NCBI GenBank assembly: GCA_002416285.1
Contig: DICM01000020.1
Coordinates: 26,597-90,596, forward strand
Source: Bacillales bacterium UBA5026
GTDB lineage: Bacteria > Bacillota_I > Bacilli_A > RF39 > UBA660
Reading direction: 5' to 3'
DNA: 64,000 nt
The notes beneath the pieces are model-generated. The model ran no database searches. It worked only from the letters and a program-made list of their open reading frames with translations, and was not told the DNA's origin. The stretch's first letter is position 1; each line of letters begins with the position of its first letter. Position numbers and translations under genes: made by a program. Shown piece after piece: positions 17,669 through 28,600 of the stretch.

Positions 17669-20264
17669 ATTTTGCTTCATACCAATCGTTGCCATAAGCA
17701 ATCTCAATCTTAAGTGGAACATTAAGAGGAATAACTTGCTCCATAACTTCTGTTATAATTTCAATTACTTTTTCTTTTTCTTCAATCAAAGCATCAAATA
17801 CAAGTTCATCGTGCACTTGTAGAATCATTTTTGATTTTATATTTTGATTTTCGAAAGCCTTTTTTATATCAACCATAGCTTTCTTAATAATATCCGCACT
17901 TGTTCCCTGAATTGGGGTATTTAAAGCAATACGCTCACCACCACTACGAATCATACGGTTATCGCTATATAATTCTGGTATGTTTCTTCTTCGATTCATT
18001 AATGTTTTTACATAACCAACTTGATAAGCTTGTTCTTTTGTCTTATCCATATATTCTTTAATACCAGGATAAGTCTCTAAATAATGATCGATAAATTTTT
18101 GTGCCTCTCTAAAATCAATATCTAAGTTGTCCGCTAAACCAAAACTACTAATTCCATAAATAATTCCAAAATTAACGGCTTTAGCAATTCTACGCATATT
18201 AGAATTTACTTCGGCTGGTGTCACATGAAAAATATCGGATGCAGTTTTCGTATGAATATCAAGTCCAGCTTTAAAAGCATCAATAAGAGCTTGTACATTG
18301 GCCATATGTGCCATAATACGAAGTTCAATCTGGGAATAATCACCACTGATAATGATAGAGTTCTCACTCGGAACAAATGCCTTTCGAATTAATCGCCCAT
18401 ATTCATTACGAATTGGAATATTCTGTAAGTTTGGTTCGATTGAAGAAAGTCTACCTGTTCTAGTCAGAGTCTGGGTATAAATAGTATGTATTTTAGAATC
18501 GGATAGAATGGCAGTTTTTAATCCTTCAATATAAGTAGTATATAGTTTCGTAAGCATTCTATAGTCGATAATCTTTTCGATAATAGGATGTTCCAGTTTT
18601 ATTTTATTTAATATATCGATTGAAGTCGAATATCCACTTTTATTCTTCTTTCCATGCATTAACCCTAAACGATCAAAAAGGACTTCTCCTAATTGTTTTG
18701 GTGAAGAAATGTTAAATTCTATGCCAGCATCTAAATAAATAGCCTGTTCTAATTCATTAATCCGCTCTTTCATTTCGGATCCCATTTCATTCAGTGCATC
18801 CTCTGATACATAAACTCCATCATATTCCATATCACCTAGAACCCTTGAAAGCGGAAATTCAATATCATAATATAATGGTTCTAGTTCCTCTTGTTTTAAT
18901 CGTTCTACAAAGAGTGGATAAGTATTATAAATAAAATCTGCTTTCGCAACTGCTGTCGATGTAACAATATGTTCACTTGGAGCTTCGAAGTGGTTTCGTT
19001 TCACCTGATACATATTCTCATAATACGGTAGATCATAATTAAATTGTTTCGCTAAATAAGCTACATCATCTTTAATGTTATAATCGAGAAGATAAGCTGC
19101 CACCATTGTATCAAAAACAACATTTTCTAAAACAATACCATGCCACTTAAGTGAAACATATAATTTTTTATAATCATAGGTGTACTTCTCAACCTTTTGT
19201 AGTGGTTCTGGATTTTCCTTTAACACTGCAAAAGGAATAAATAAACGCTGATTCATGGATACGACAGCTAATCCAAGAGGTTCTGATGTATGATAGTTTG
19301 TTCCTAGAATCTCTAGGTAAACAGCACAAGGACTGTCAATCTTGACCTCATTCATATTCTGAACCATCACAACATCTACTTTTTTTTGTGTTGAGTCAAC
19401 TTCCTTTTCTTCTTTTTTTAATAAAGAATAGAATTCTAATTCCTCATAAGCTTGGTTTAAAAGAAGTCTATCTTTTGGAACAATTTTAGTATCCTTCAAA
19501 GAAATCTCCATCGGTACATCTTTATATATTGTTGCAAGGTCATAGCTCATATAAGCTTTATCTTTATCTTCAATCAACTTCTCTTTTAATTTTCCACTAA
19601 TTTGATCAATATTTTGATATACTCCATCTAAAGTACCATATTGTTGGAGTAATTTGAGTGCTGTTTTTTCTCCAACCCCTTTAACCCCTGGAATATTATC
19701 TGAAGAATCCCCCATTAATGCTTTTAGATCGATAACACGAATAGGAGTAATTCCATATTCTTCTTGGAAACTTTGTGCATTATAACGGATATAGTCTTTC
19801 TGTTTTAATAATTTTATATCAATATCAGGACTAATTAGCTGCAATAGATCATGATCACTACTAACGATCGTTCCAATAAAATCAGGATTCAAATCACACT
19901 CTTTTGCTAATGTTCCAAGAATGTCATCCGCTTCATAATTATCGCATTCATAATAGCGAATTCCCATATATCCTAATAATTCTTTTGCCTTTGGAAATTG
20001 AGCAATTAATTCCTCTGGAGTTTCATTTCGTCCACTTTTATATTCCTTATACTTCTCATGGCGAAATGTCTTTCCTTTATCAAAAGCAACAATCATATAA
20101 GTAGGTTGTTCTTCTGTGATAATTTTATTAATCATATTCGTAAATCCATATAGTGCATTAGTAGGAAATCCTTTGCTATTTCGCATTAAATTTCCGTTAT
20201 AAGCAGTTGCGAAATAACTGCGAAATAATAAATTGTTACCATCCACTAAAATAATTTTTTCCAT
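17667..20264 (-). CDS. polA: DNA polymerase I
   Basis: N-terminal 5'-3' exonuclease (ILVDGNNLLFRSYFA), a central 3'-5' exo-like domain and family A polymerase motifs (DYSQIELRIMAH, RRIAKAVNFGIIYG, QVHDELVFD). Confidence 0.97.
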   Translation of the reverse strand: MEKIILVDGNNLLFRSYFATAYNGNLMRNSKGFPTNALYGFTNMINKIITEEQPTYMIVAFDKGKTFRHEKYKEYKSGRNETPEELIAQFPKAKELLGYMGIRYYECDNYEADDILGTLAKECDLNPDFIGTIVSSDHDLLQLISPDIDIKLLKQKDYIRYNAQSFQEEYGITPIRVIDLKALMGDSSDNIPGVKGVGEKTALKLLQQYGTLDGVYQNIDQISGKLKEKLIEDKDKAYMSYDLATIYKDVPMEISLKDTKIVPKDRLLLNQAYEELEFYSLLKKEEKEVDSTQKKVDVVMVQNMNEVKIDSPCAVYLEILGTNYHTSEPLGLAVVSMNQRLFIPFAVLKENPEPLQKVEKYTYDYKKLYVSLKWHGIVLENVVFDTMVAAYLLDYNIKDDVAYLAKQFNYDLPYYENMYQVKRNHFEAPSEHIVTSTAVAKADFIYNTYPLFVERLKQEELEPLYYDIEFPLSRVLGDMEYDGVYVSEDALNEMGSEMKERINELEQAIYLDAGIEFNISSPKQLGEVLFDRLGLMHGKKNKSGYSTSIDILNKIKLEHPIIEKIIDYRMLTKLYTTYIEGLKTAILSDSKIHTIYTQTLTRTGRLSSIEPNLQNIPIRNEYGRLIRKAFVPSENSIIISGDYSQIELRIMAHMANVQALIDAFKAGLDIHTKTASDIFHVTPAEVNSNMRRIAKAVNFGIIYGISSFGLADNLDIDFREAQKFIDHYLETYPGIKEYMDKTKEQAYQVGYVKTLMNRRRNIPELYSDNRMIRSGGERIALNTPIQGTSADIIKKAMVDIKKAFENQNIKSKMILQVHDELVFDALIEEKEKVIEIITEVMEQVIPLNVPLKIEIAYGNDWYEAK

Positions 20265-20333
20265 TGAATCCCAACCCTTCTATGTTCATTATAACCAAAA
20301 AACTGATAAATTGCAATTAAAGAAAACAAGTAA

Positions 20334-21350
20334 TTAATACTTGTTTTTAATGAAATTCCAATACAAAATATAAAGAAGGCTCAATAGTGATATAGAAAAA
20401 CCAAAACATAAAAATGTTAAATCCCCCCAAAATAGAATTCCTATAAAAATTGAAACAATAGAAAAAGCGATTCCCATGTGTATGAATCGTAAAGCTTTTT
20501 CTTTTTGTTGATCTAAAGCTTTACACTCACTCTCATCATTTAATAAATTGATGTCAACCGTATGTTTCGCATATTGTTTAGATGTTTTCGGTGGGATTGA
20601 CCAATTCGGTCCATAGACATTGTCTAAATAGGCCTTCTCATTATTGGGAATTGGAAATTTTTTCCCTTCAAAGGAACCCATTTTCGCAGGAAAGATATCA
20701 TGATAATGATAACGATAGGGATCGAATGGATTCTTATATACCCAAGTTAAATCTTCCCCAATATAATCACTGTGTTTACACATTCGTCCATAAAATATAG
20801 CATAATGATAAAATAATTTTTTTAAGAATACTGGATTCCAATATAAATTTTCTAGAATAAGAATTGGAAGTGCTAAAAGAATGGATGGAACACGAGCTAA
20901 AAAATCAATAATTCGTGAGGAAGACTGATGATCCAATACAAAAACATCAATAAATATTCCATCACAATCCGAACAACGATTTGGCAAATACTTATTTCTC
21001 TCTTTGATATAAGTATTCTTTTTTCGAATCTTCATCGTTGGATAAGTAACATTATAGCGATGATCTAAAGAAAAACATTGAATCACATATTTTTCAGATA
21101 AATCTTTCTGAATTGCATTGATAAAACGATCAAAATCTTCCCTCATAATCGCGATATCGACATCATCATCCCAAGGTATAAATCCATGATGTCTTACAGC
21201 ACCTAAAGCACTCCCTCCATCTAAAATATATGGAATATCATAATTCAAGCATACTTTATTGATATCATCCAACATTGATAAAAGATCTAGTTGAAGATCA
21301 CGTACTGTTATCTTACCATCTTTTGCATTTTCTTTTAATACGTATTCCAT
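20334..21350 (-). CDS. LicD-family phosphotransferase (cholinephosphotransferase/fukutin-like) with C-terminal TM helices
   Basis: YILDGGSALGAVRHHGFIPWDDDVDIAIMREDFDRF is the LicD nucleotidyltransferase-fold signature. There are two C-terminal TM segments. Confidence 0.8.
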   Translation of the reverse strand: MEYVLKENAKDGKITVRDLQLDLLSMLDDINKVCLNYDIPYILDGGSALGAVRHHGFIPWDDDVDIAIMREDFDRFINAIQKDLSEKYVIQCFSLDHRYNVTYPTMKIRKKNTYIKERNKYLPNRCSDCDGIFIDVFVLDHQSSSRIIDFLARVPSILLALPILILENLYWNPVFLKKLFYHYAIFYGRMCKHSDYIGEDLTWVYKNPFDPYRYHYHDIFPAKMGSFEGKKFPIPNNEKAYLDNVYGPNWSIPPKTSKQYAKHTVDINLLNDESECKALDQQKEKALRFIHMGIAFSIVSIFIGILFWGDLTFLCFGFSISLLSLLYILYWNFIKNKY

Positions 21351-21441
21351 GAATCTACCTCTTTTGTATTTCTTTATTAGTATAGCATAACTTACTTATT
21401 TTGACAAATATTAAAAGGAAAAGTTGGCATCAGCCAACCTC

Positions 21442-22149
21442 CTATCCCCATGGAATATCCAGCGGATTTGTTCTTGTTGTATTCTCATACTCATTGATAA
21501 TTTTCCCACTATTCATAACAACAACATGGTCACCAATTTCAGCTATACCAGGATTGTGTGTAATAATCAGCATAGTTGTTCCAAACTTTTCATTTGCTTC
21601 AACAAGTGATTCTAAAACAACTTTACCGGTTTTCTCATCTAGCGCCCCAGTTGGTTCATCACCAAACATTACTTTGGGATTTTTCGCTAAAGCGCGAGCG
21701 ATACTAACACGTTGTTGCTCTCCACCAGAGAGTTGATACATACTCTTCCTTCGATGTTTCGTTAACCCAACAGTATCGATAATTGCATCGACAGCAGCTT
21801 TATCTCCACCCAATGAAGAACCAACTAAAACATTCTCATAAACATTTAAATGTTCCAATAAATTGTATGTTTGAAAAATAAACCCTAAATTTTTCTTTCG
21901 GAAATGAGTCATTTTTCGATCACTATATTTGCGAATATCTTTACCTTCATAGTAAATATGTCCTGCACTAGCATGATCAAGCCCTGAAATTACATTTAAC
22001 AAAGTAGTTTTACCACTACCTGATGGTCCTAAGATAACGATAATCTCACCCTTTTTTATTTTAAGGGATACGCCGTTTAAAGCATATTGCTCAATTCCAC
22101 CTTGCTTATAAACTTTTGTAACATCTTTTAACTCTATTAAGTTTTCCAT
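21442..22149 (-). CDS. ABC transporter ATP-binding protein (MacB/LolD-like)
   Basis: Walker A GPSGSGKTT, signature LSGGEQQRVSIARAL, Walker B VMFGDEPTGALD. Confidence 0.9.
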   Translation of the reverse strand: MENLIELKDVTKVYKQGGIEQYALNGVSLKIKKGEIIVILGPSGSGKTTLLNVISGLDHASAGHIYYEGKDIRKYSDRKMTHFRKKNLGFIFQTYNLLEHLNVYENVLVGSSLGGDKAAVDAIIDTVGLTKHRRKSMYQLSGGEQQRVSIARALAKNPKVMFGDEPTGALDEKTGKVVLESLVEANEKFGTTMLIITHNPGIAEIGDHVVVMNSGKIINEYENTTRTNPLDIPWG

Positions 22150-22156
22150 GATACAC

Positions 22157-24691
22157 CTACTCTCTTTTTAAAGCGATTGATAAAGGTACTTTATTTAGTA
22201 CACGTTTGGAAAGAGCAATCGCAATATAATAAGCAACTAATAGACCAATTAGTCCAAGTCCTGCTTTCCACATTGATAAAGTAATTGGAATTACCATATT
22301 CATATCACCTGTTAATAGGCTTACAATCCATTTTAAAATTGAAATCATAGTTGGAATAGATAATAAATAAGCAATAATAATAAACGGAGTATAAATATTC
22401 AATACGATTTTACTAATAAATCTATTTTGGTAACCGATTACTTTCATTAAAGAAATTGTCTTTTTATTCTCTTCCACTACAATATTAGCAATTACAGCAA
22501 TAATAATAAATGCCATGAATGCTGCAAAGAATATAACAATAGAAATACTCGCATCAAAACTATCCATTTGTTTTTGTATATTATCTTTTAAATCTTTTAA
22601 ACTTAACACAAATGCGATATTCCCTTGCTCTTCTCCAAGTTCTTCAATATTTCCATATTTCGTATCTTTCGTATAAATTTGATTATAAGCAGATTCCGTA
22701 AATCCAAGTTTTTTACTTAATTCTTCACGATTTACATATCCACTCATACCCATAAATTCTTGACTAATTCCAATAACATGATACTCAATTTTAGTTCCTT
22801 GGAAATCAAATAAAATTGTATCGCCAATTTCAATGCCTTTGACTTCACTGACATTTTGATTGATAATAATACCTTCCTGATCCGTTAAAAGAGGTAACAT
22901 CGTCTTTTCTTTATCATCGTAAATATCAATATAATTTGTCTCCGTATCCACACCTGTTAAACTAACGGTGAAATCTTTTAAGTCGATTTCTTTTGTCTTC
23001 AAAGATGCATCTTTTACTTCACTTACATTCATACTTAGTGAAAAAGCATAGTCATCTGTCTGACTGGAATTGGAGAATGCAATCTGTCTTGTGTTAACCA
23101 TATAGTCATATTTCATACCAGAAAAAGACTTATCAATTAATGACTGAAATAGATTTGCTCCAATTAGAACTAATACAATTAATAGTCCTGTACAAAAAGA
23201 TGTAATTGTAACAATCAAAAGCTTCCCAACTGATCTAGATGCTAAAGCATATTTAAAACGCGATTCAAATGAAAATAAACTTGTTATTTTATTGACTAAT
23301 CTGCTTAGGAAATTAACTTTTAAATTACTTCCCTCTCTAAGGAGAGCAAGCGGTTTTTTACGTAACATTGTAAAAGCAATGATGTAACTTAAAAGTGATA
23401 ATAAGCACATTGGAACAAAAACAGAAGTAGTGAAATATTTCGGATCAAAATTAAAACTAGCGAGTGGAATAGTATAGTAACTTCGGTATAAAAGACTAAG
23501 TGGTTGATGTAATAAAACACCAATTAAATATCCTAAAATTCCACCGATTAGAGATCCTACAATTGGATAAACTAAATAACTAAAGGCAATTGAAAAACGA
23601 CTATATCCAAGTGATTTTAAAACACCTATCTGTAAACGTTCATCATCGATTCTCTTTTTCGTAATAATCATAATAATAAGTACTGATACACCTAATAATA
23701 AATATAAGAAACAATCAGCAAATTTACGATCAGTTGAAAAATCCATTTGTAAGGCACCTATTCTTGCCACTCTTGTAACAGAATCCATACTCATAGTAAG
23801 TGTGTCTTTTTCTGCTGCGAACATTTTACTTTCTTCACTATTTTCATTTGTAAGTAAATTAGCAAAATCTCTAGAGATTGGATGATTATAATAAAGTGAA
23901 TAAGATTTTTCTTCTACACCTGCTATTTCTTCGTAAGAATTCATAGTCATAAAAACAATATTATTTTTCTTTTCATCAAAGATTGGCATACTGAATGAAA
24001 TCAAAGGATAGATATAATCTGGTGCATAAGATGTTCCAACAATTTTATATTCTCGACTTCCAATCTTATAAGTATCTCCTATTTTTAAATTATTTACTTC
24101 AGCAAAGCGAGGAAGAACGGTAATTTCATCATCATTTTTTGGAAAACGACCATCGACTAGGTATGGTACATTCATTTTTTTATCTAAACGATAAGGAATT
24201 ACCTTCATCATAACTTTATTCTGTGTAACTGTTTTAGAACGCTCGATATCATAATCAAAATCATACTTATCCGCTAATGGATCAAGTTTACTATTTTTAA
24301 GACTTAAATCAACTTCATATTTTCCAAAGATCAATGATACTTGATTTAAAAGGGGTAAATTGTATTCCCGATTGCTTGTCGATAAATATGTTTTGTATTG
24401 CTCTAAGATTACTTTTTCTTCATCGGTAAAAGGATATTGATTTAAAATATCATCTATTTTCGATACACTGATATCTTTTTCATAATCCAGTACAACATCA
24501 ATACTGAAATGCTCTACTTTTTGTTCTTCTAAATAATCGTAATAACGATTTTCAAGACGGTCTAGAGCTAAATTCATACAAACATAGATTCCTGTTGATA
24601 AAAGAACCATGAGAATAATTCCTAACATCTGAACTTTTTTCTTTTTAAGACCTTTTAATGAATTTAAAAATAATAATCCCACTATGCCCAC
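22157..24691 (-). CDS. FtsX/MacB-type ABC permease with duplicated FtsX module (about 10 TM)
   Basis: 844 aa. There are two large extracytoplasmic domains, each followed by a 3-4 TM FtsX-like bundle. It is flanked on both sides by ABC ATPase genes and overlaps the upstream ATPase gene by 10 nt. Confidence 0.8.
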   Translation of the reverse strand: MGIVGLLFLNSLKGLKKKKVQMLGIILMVLLSTGIYVCMNLALDRLENRYYDYLEEQKVEHFSIDVVLDYEKDISVSKIDDILNQYPFTDEEKVILEQYKTYLSTSNREYNLPLLNQVSLIFGKYEVDLSLKNSKLDPLADKYDFDYDIERSKTVTQNKVMMKVIPYRLDKKMNVPYLVDGRFPKNDDEITVLPRFAEVNNLKIGDTYKIGSREYKIVGTSYAPDYIYPLISFSMPIFDEKKNNIVFMTMNSYEEIAGVEEKSYSLYYNHPISRDFANLLTNENSEESKMFAAEKDTLTMSMDSVTRVARIGALQMDFSTDRKFADCFLYLLLGVSVLIIMIITKKRIDDERLQIGVLKSLGYSRFSIAFSYLVYPIVGSLIGGILGYLIGVLLHQPLSLLYRSYYTIPLASFNFDPKYFTTSVFVPMCLLSLLSYIIAFTMLRKKPLALLREGSNLKVNFLSRLVNKITSLFSFESRFKYALASRSVGKLLIVTITSFCTGLLIVLVLIGANLFQSLIDKSFSGMKYDYMVNTRQIAFSNSSQTDDYAFSLSMNVSEVKDASLKTKEIDLKDFTVSLTGVDTETNYIDIYDDKEKTMLPLLTDQEGIIINQNVSEVKGIEIGDTILFDFQGTKIEYHVIGISQEFMGMSGYVNREELSKKLGFTESAYNQIYTKDTKYGNIEELGEEQGNIAFVLSLKDLKDNIQKQMDSFDASISIVIFFAAFMAFIIIAVIANIVVEENKKTISLMKVIGYQNRFISKIVLNIYTPFIIIAYLLSIPTMISILKWIVSLLTGDMNMVIPITLSMWKAGLGLIGLLVAYYIAIALSKRVLNKVPLSIALKRE

Positions 24692-25389
24692 CTCAAATCC
24701 ATCGCATCTTTTACAACATCATTTATAGCAACTTCTTTAATATGACCACTATTCATACGAATCACCGTATTGGCCATATCAGCTATACTTGGATTATGCG
24801 TTACAATAATCATTGTTGTATTATACTTTTTATTAATTTTCTGGAGTAATTCTAAAATTTTCTTCCCAGTTTCCTCATCAAGAGCACCAGTTGGTTCATC
24901 ACAAAACAGGACTTTTGGATTCTTGACAAGAGCTCTTGCAATAGCAACTCGCTGCATTTGTCCACCTGATAATTGATAAGGATATTTATGAATATGTTCT
25001 GTTAAACCAACTGCTTCAACAATCTCTTCCAGATTTAGAAGATTGGTTCCTAGTTGTGCACCTAGTTCGATATTTTCTTTTACAGTCAGATTAGGAATTA
25101 GGTGATAACTTTGAAAAATAAAACCGAGATTATCTTTTCGATACTCAGTAAGCTCCTTATCATTTTTGGTATCAATCCGCTCATCTGTAAAAAATATTTT
25201 TCCTTTTGATGGCTGATCAATTCCCGAAAGAAGATTCAAAAATGTGGACTTTCCACTTCCGGAAGGTCCTAAAATTACAATCATTTCTCCCCTATTTAAA
25301 GTTAAGTCTATATTTTCTAGTGCGTGAGTAGTTTCACTATAGCTTTTATATAGTTTAGATACTTTTTCAAGTTTATATATAGGATCCAT
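24682..25389 (-). CDS. ABC transporter ATP-binding protein (second, paralogous)
   Basis: Walker A GPSGSGKST, signature LSGGQMQRVAIARAL, Walker B VLFCDEPTGALD. GAAGGAGGGA RBS. Confidence 0.9.
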   Translation of the reverse strand: MDPIYKLEKVSKLYKSYSETTHALENIDLTLNRGEMIVILGPSGSGKSTFLNLLSGIDQPSKGKIFFTDERIDTKNDKELTEYRKDNLGFIFQSYHLIPNLTVKENIELGAQLGTNLLNLEEIVEAVGLTEHIHKYPYQLSGGQMQRVAIARALVKNPKVLFCDEPTGALDEETGKKILELLQKINKKYNTTMIIVTHNPSIADMANTVIRMNSGHIKEVAINDVVKDAMDLRWA

Positions 25390-25580
25390 AAATCCCTCCT
25401 TCTTTCTTACTTATGCGAATATTTGTCAAATGATGACTGTTATAAGTATACCATATGAAAATTTAAATGTCATTTTTTTTAAAATAAATTGACGTTATTA
25501 TAACAAAAATTTTATAGACAGCAAACGAATTCTTCTTAGAAAAGAAGAAAGAAAAATATACAAATAATATTATTTTTAGT

Positions 25581-25611
25581 AACAAAAAGAAAAACGAATG
25601 AGCTCATTCGT
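25581..25611 (-). terminator. intrinsic terminator of polC
   Basis: Palindrome ACGAATGAGCTCATTCGT (25594-25611) lies one nt after the TAA stop and is followed by TTTTTCTTTTT on the minus strand. Confidence 0.85.
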
Positions 25612-25612
25612 T

Positions 25613-28600
25613 TTAAAATAAAGATAATTGACTAGATTCATCCATTCCTTCAAAAATTCCCATCATCCGCATCTTTTCAATTAATGTAGTTGAAACTTTC
25701 GCTCTCTTTTGGAAATCTTCAATACTTAAGAATTCTTGTTTTGCACGTTCTGCTACAATATTCTTAGCAACAGTATCACCCAGTCCATCGATAGATGAGA
25801 ATGGTGGATAAATCGTTTTATCATCTTTTACAGCAAAGGTTGTTGCATTGCTATGATATAAATCAATATTAGCAAATTTAATACCTCTAGCTGTTGCTTC
25901 TAAGGCAACGTGTAGACATTCGGAAATTCCAGCATCTTTATTAGTTGCTTCATTTCCTTTGTTAGCAATTTCTATAATTTTATTTTTTATAGCACTATAT
26001 CCAGCAATCATGGCATCAACGTCAAAGTCGGTCGCCTTTGTTGAAAGCCAAGATGCATAATAGTAAACTGGCATATGAACTTTATACCAAGCAATACGGA
26101 AAGCACTGATAACATAGGCTGCTGCATGAGCTTTCGGGAACATGTATTTAATCTTCCTACAAGATTCAATAAACCATGGTTCAATCCCTGCTTCACGCAT
26201 TTCAGCATCCATTTCTTTCCATGCTTCTGGGTCTTTTGAAGCTCTTCCTTTACGCACAAATTCCATTATTTTAAAGGCTCTTTTTGGAGCGAGACCATGA
26301 TACATCAAGTAAACCATGATATCATCACGACAACCAATAACTTCCTTGAATGGTACCACTTTATTACGAATTAAATCTTGGGCATTTCCAAGCCAAACAT
26401 CAGTACCATGAGATAGTCCTGAAATTTTAATTAATTCGGCAAAAGAGGTTGGTTTGGTATCGGCGAGCATTTGTAGTGTGAACTTCGTACCAAATTCGGG
26501 AATTCCAAGTGTTCCTGTCTCACACATGATTTGTTCTTTCGTAACACCGAGCGGTTCAGGTGATAAGAATATTCCCATCGTTTCTTTATCATCTAATGGA
26601 ACTGTTGTAACATCCATTCCCGTTAAATCTTGAATCATACGAAGTTGCGTTGGATCAGAGTGTCCTAAAATATCCAATTTCAATACGTCTTGATCAATGG
26701 CATGATAATCGAAATGCGTTGTTCTCCATGCCGAATTCGGATCATCGGCTGGATATTGAAATGGTGTAAAATCAAATACATCCATATATCCAGGTATTAC
26801 AACTATTCCACCAGGATGTTGTCCTGTTGTTCTTTTCACACCTGTACATCCCATTGCCAAACGTTCTACTTCAGCAGTACGCATCACGATGTTATGTTCT
26901 TCACAATACCCTTTGACATAACCGAATGCTGTCTTGTCAGCAACGGTACCAATCGTTCCGGCACGATAGACATTATCGACACCAAATAATACTTTTGTAT
27001 ATTCATGTGCATCTGCTTGATTCAAATCGGAGAAGTTAAGATCAATATCTGGTACTTTATCCGCATCAAATCCAAGGAAAGTCGCGAATGGCATATCTTG
27101 TCCATCCTTTACCATTAAAGTGTTGCAATGTGGACAATTATAATCTGGTAAATCGAATCCAGATGAGTACTCTGCTCCAAGTACCTTTCCATCTAATTCA
27201 AAGATACTATGTTTACAATTAGGGCAACGATAATGTGCTGGAAGTGGATTTACTTCAGTAATACCCATCATCGTTGCAACAAATGATGATCCTACCGATC
27301 CACGACTTCCAACTAAATATCCATCATCGTTCGATTTTTTTACTAATTTTTGAGCAATTAAGTAAATAACGTCAAATCCACCTTTGATAATACCGGTTAA
27401 CTCCTGATTAATTCTGTCATCGATAATTTTAGGTAGAGGTTCTCCATACCATTCTTTTGCTTTTCCATAAACAAGTTCATTTACTGTCTCTATGGAATTT
27501 TCAATCTTCGGAGAAAATGGAATTCCATCAGTATCGATGATAACTTCTATTTCTTCAATTTGATCAGCGACTAAATTGGTATTTTTAACGACAATTTCAA
27601 AGGCTTTCTCAGAACCTAGAAAAGCAAAATCCTCTAACATTTCACGAGTTGTTCTAAAATGTTGTGAAGGAATGCTTGTAATTCCTGATCTTGAAAGTGG
27701 ATGTCTTCCTCCTCCAGGTACTTTTTGATTAACGATAATTTCACGGTAAATCTTATCTTCTCTTTTTGTTTGATGTACATCACCTGTAGCTACAATAAGC
27801 TTACCAGAATCCTCTGTAACAGATACAATTTTTTTGATATGTTCCTCTAATTCACTTTTGTTTCCAAAATCTCCCATCTGAATTAGATGATCGTAAACTT
27901 CTGGTGGTTGAACTTCAACATAATCATAAAAATTAATAATATTAGTTAATTCCTCATTTGATTTACTTCTCGCTTCGGTAAATACCTCTGATTCATAGCA
28001 CCCACTACCAACGAGTAGACCTTCTCTTAATCGATCAATTTCACTTCTTAAAATTCTTGGGGTCTTGTACAGATAGGTTGTATTAGCTAGACTGATAATT
28101 CGAAATAAGTTTTTAAGACCAACTTTATTTTTGGCAAGCAGGTTTACATGATAAGTACGACCATATTTGTGTATTTCATCCTTTGATACTAATTTATCTA
28201 AATCAATAATTGTTTCAAAATTACGATCATGTAATTTTTTTAACATTTTATGAAATACTAAAGCGGTTGCTTCCGCATCGTAATCACCTCGGTGATGAGA
28301 ATCTTCATCAAATGGAACATTGTATCGTTTTACCAATGCGGATAAACTATGACGTGCATAGTTGTTATCCATCGTTCTTGATAGTTCGAGTGTATCAATA
28401 ACGGTATTTTCAAATGTACCTAAATGATATTTTTGATAAGCCATCTCTACGAATGAGGTATCAAATTTTGCATTGTGAGCAACCATTGGCAAATTTCCAA
28501 CCCAAGCGATAAACTCTTTGAAAGCTGTTTCTTCATCTGGTTTACCCTCTAACATCTCATCTGTAATTGCTGTTAATTCAGTGATTTTGGATGGTAATTT

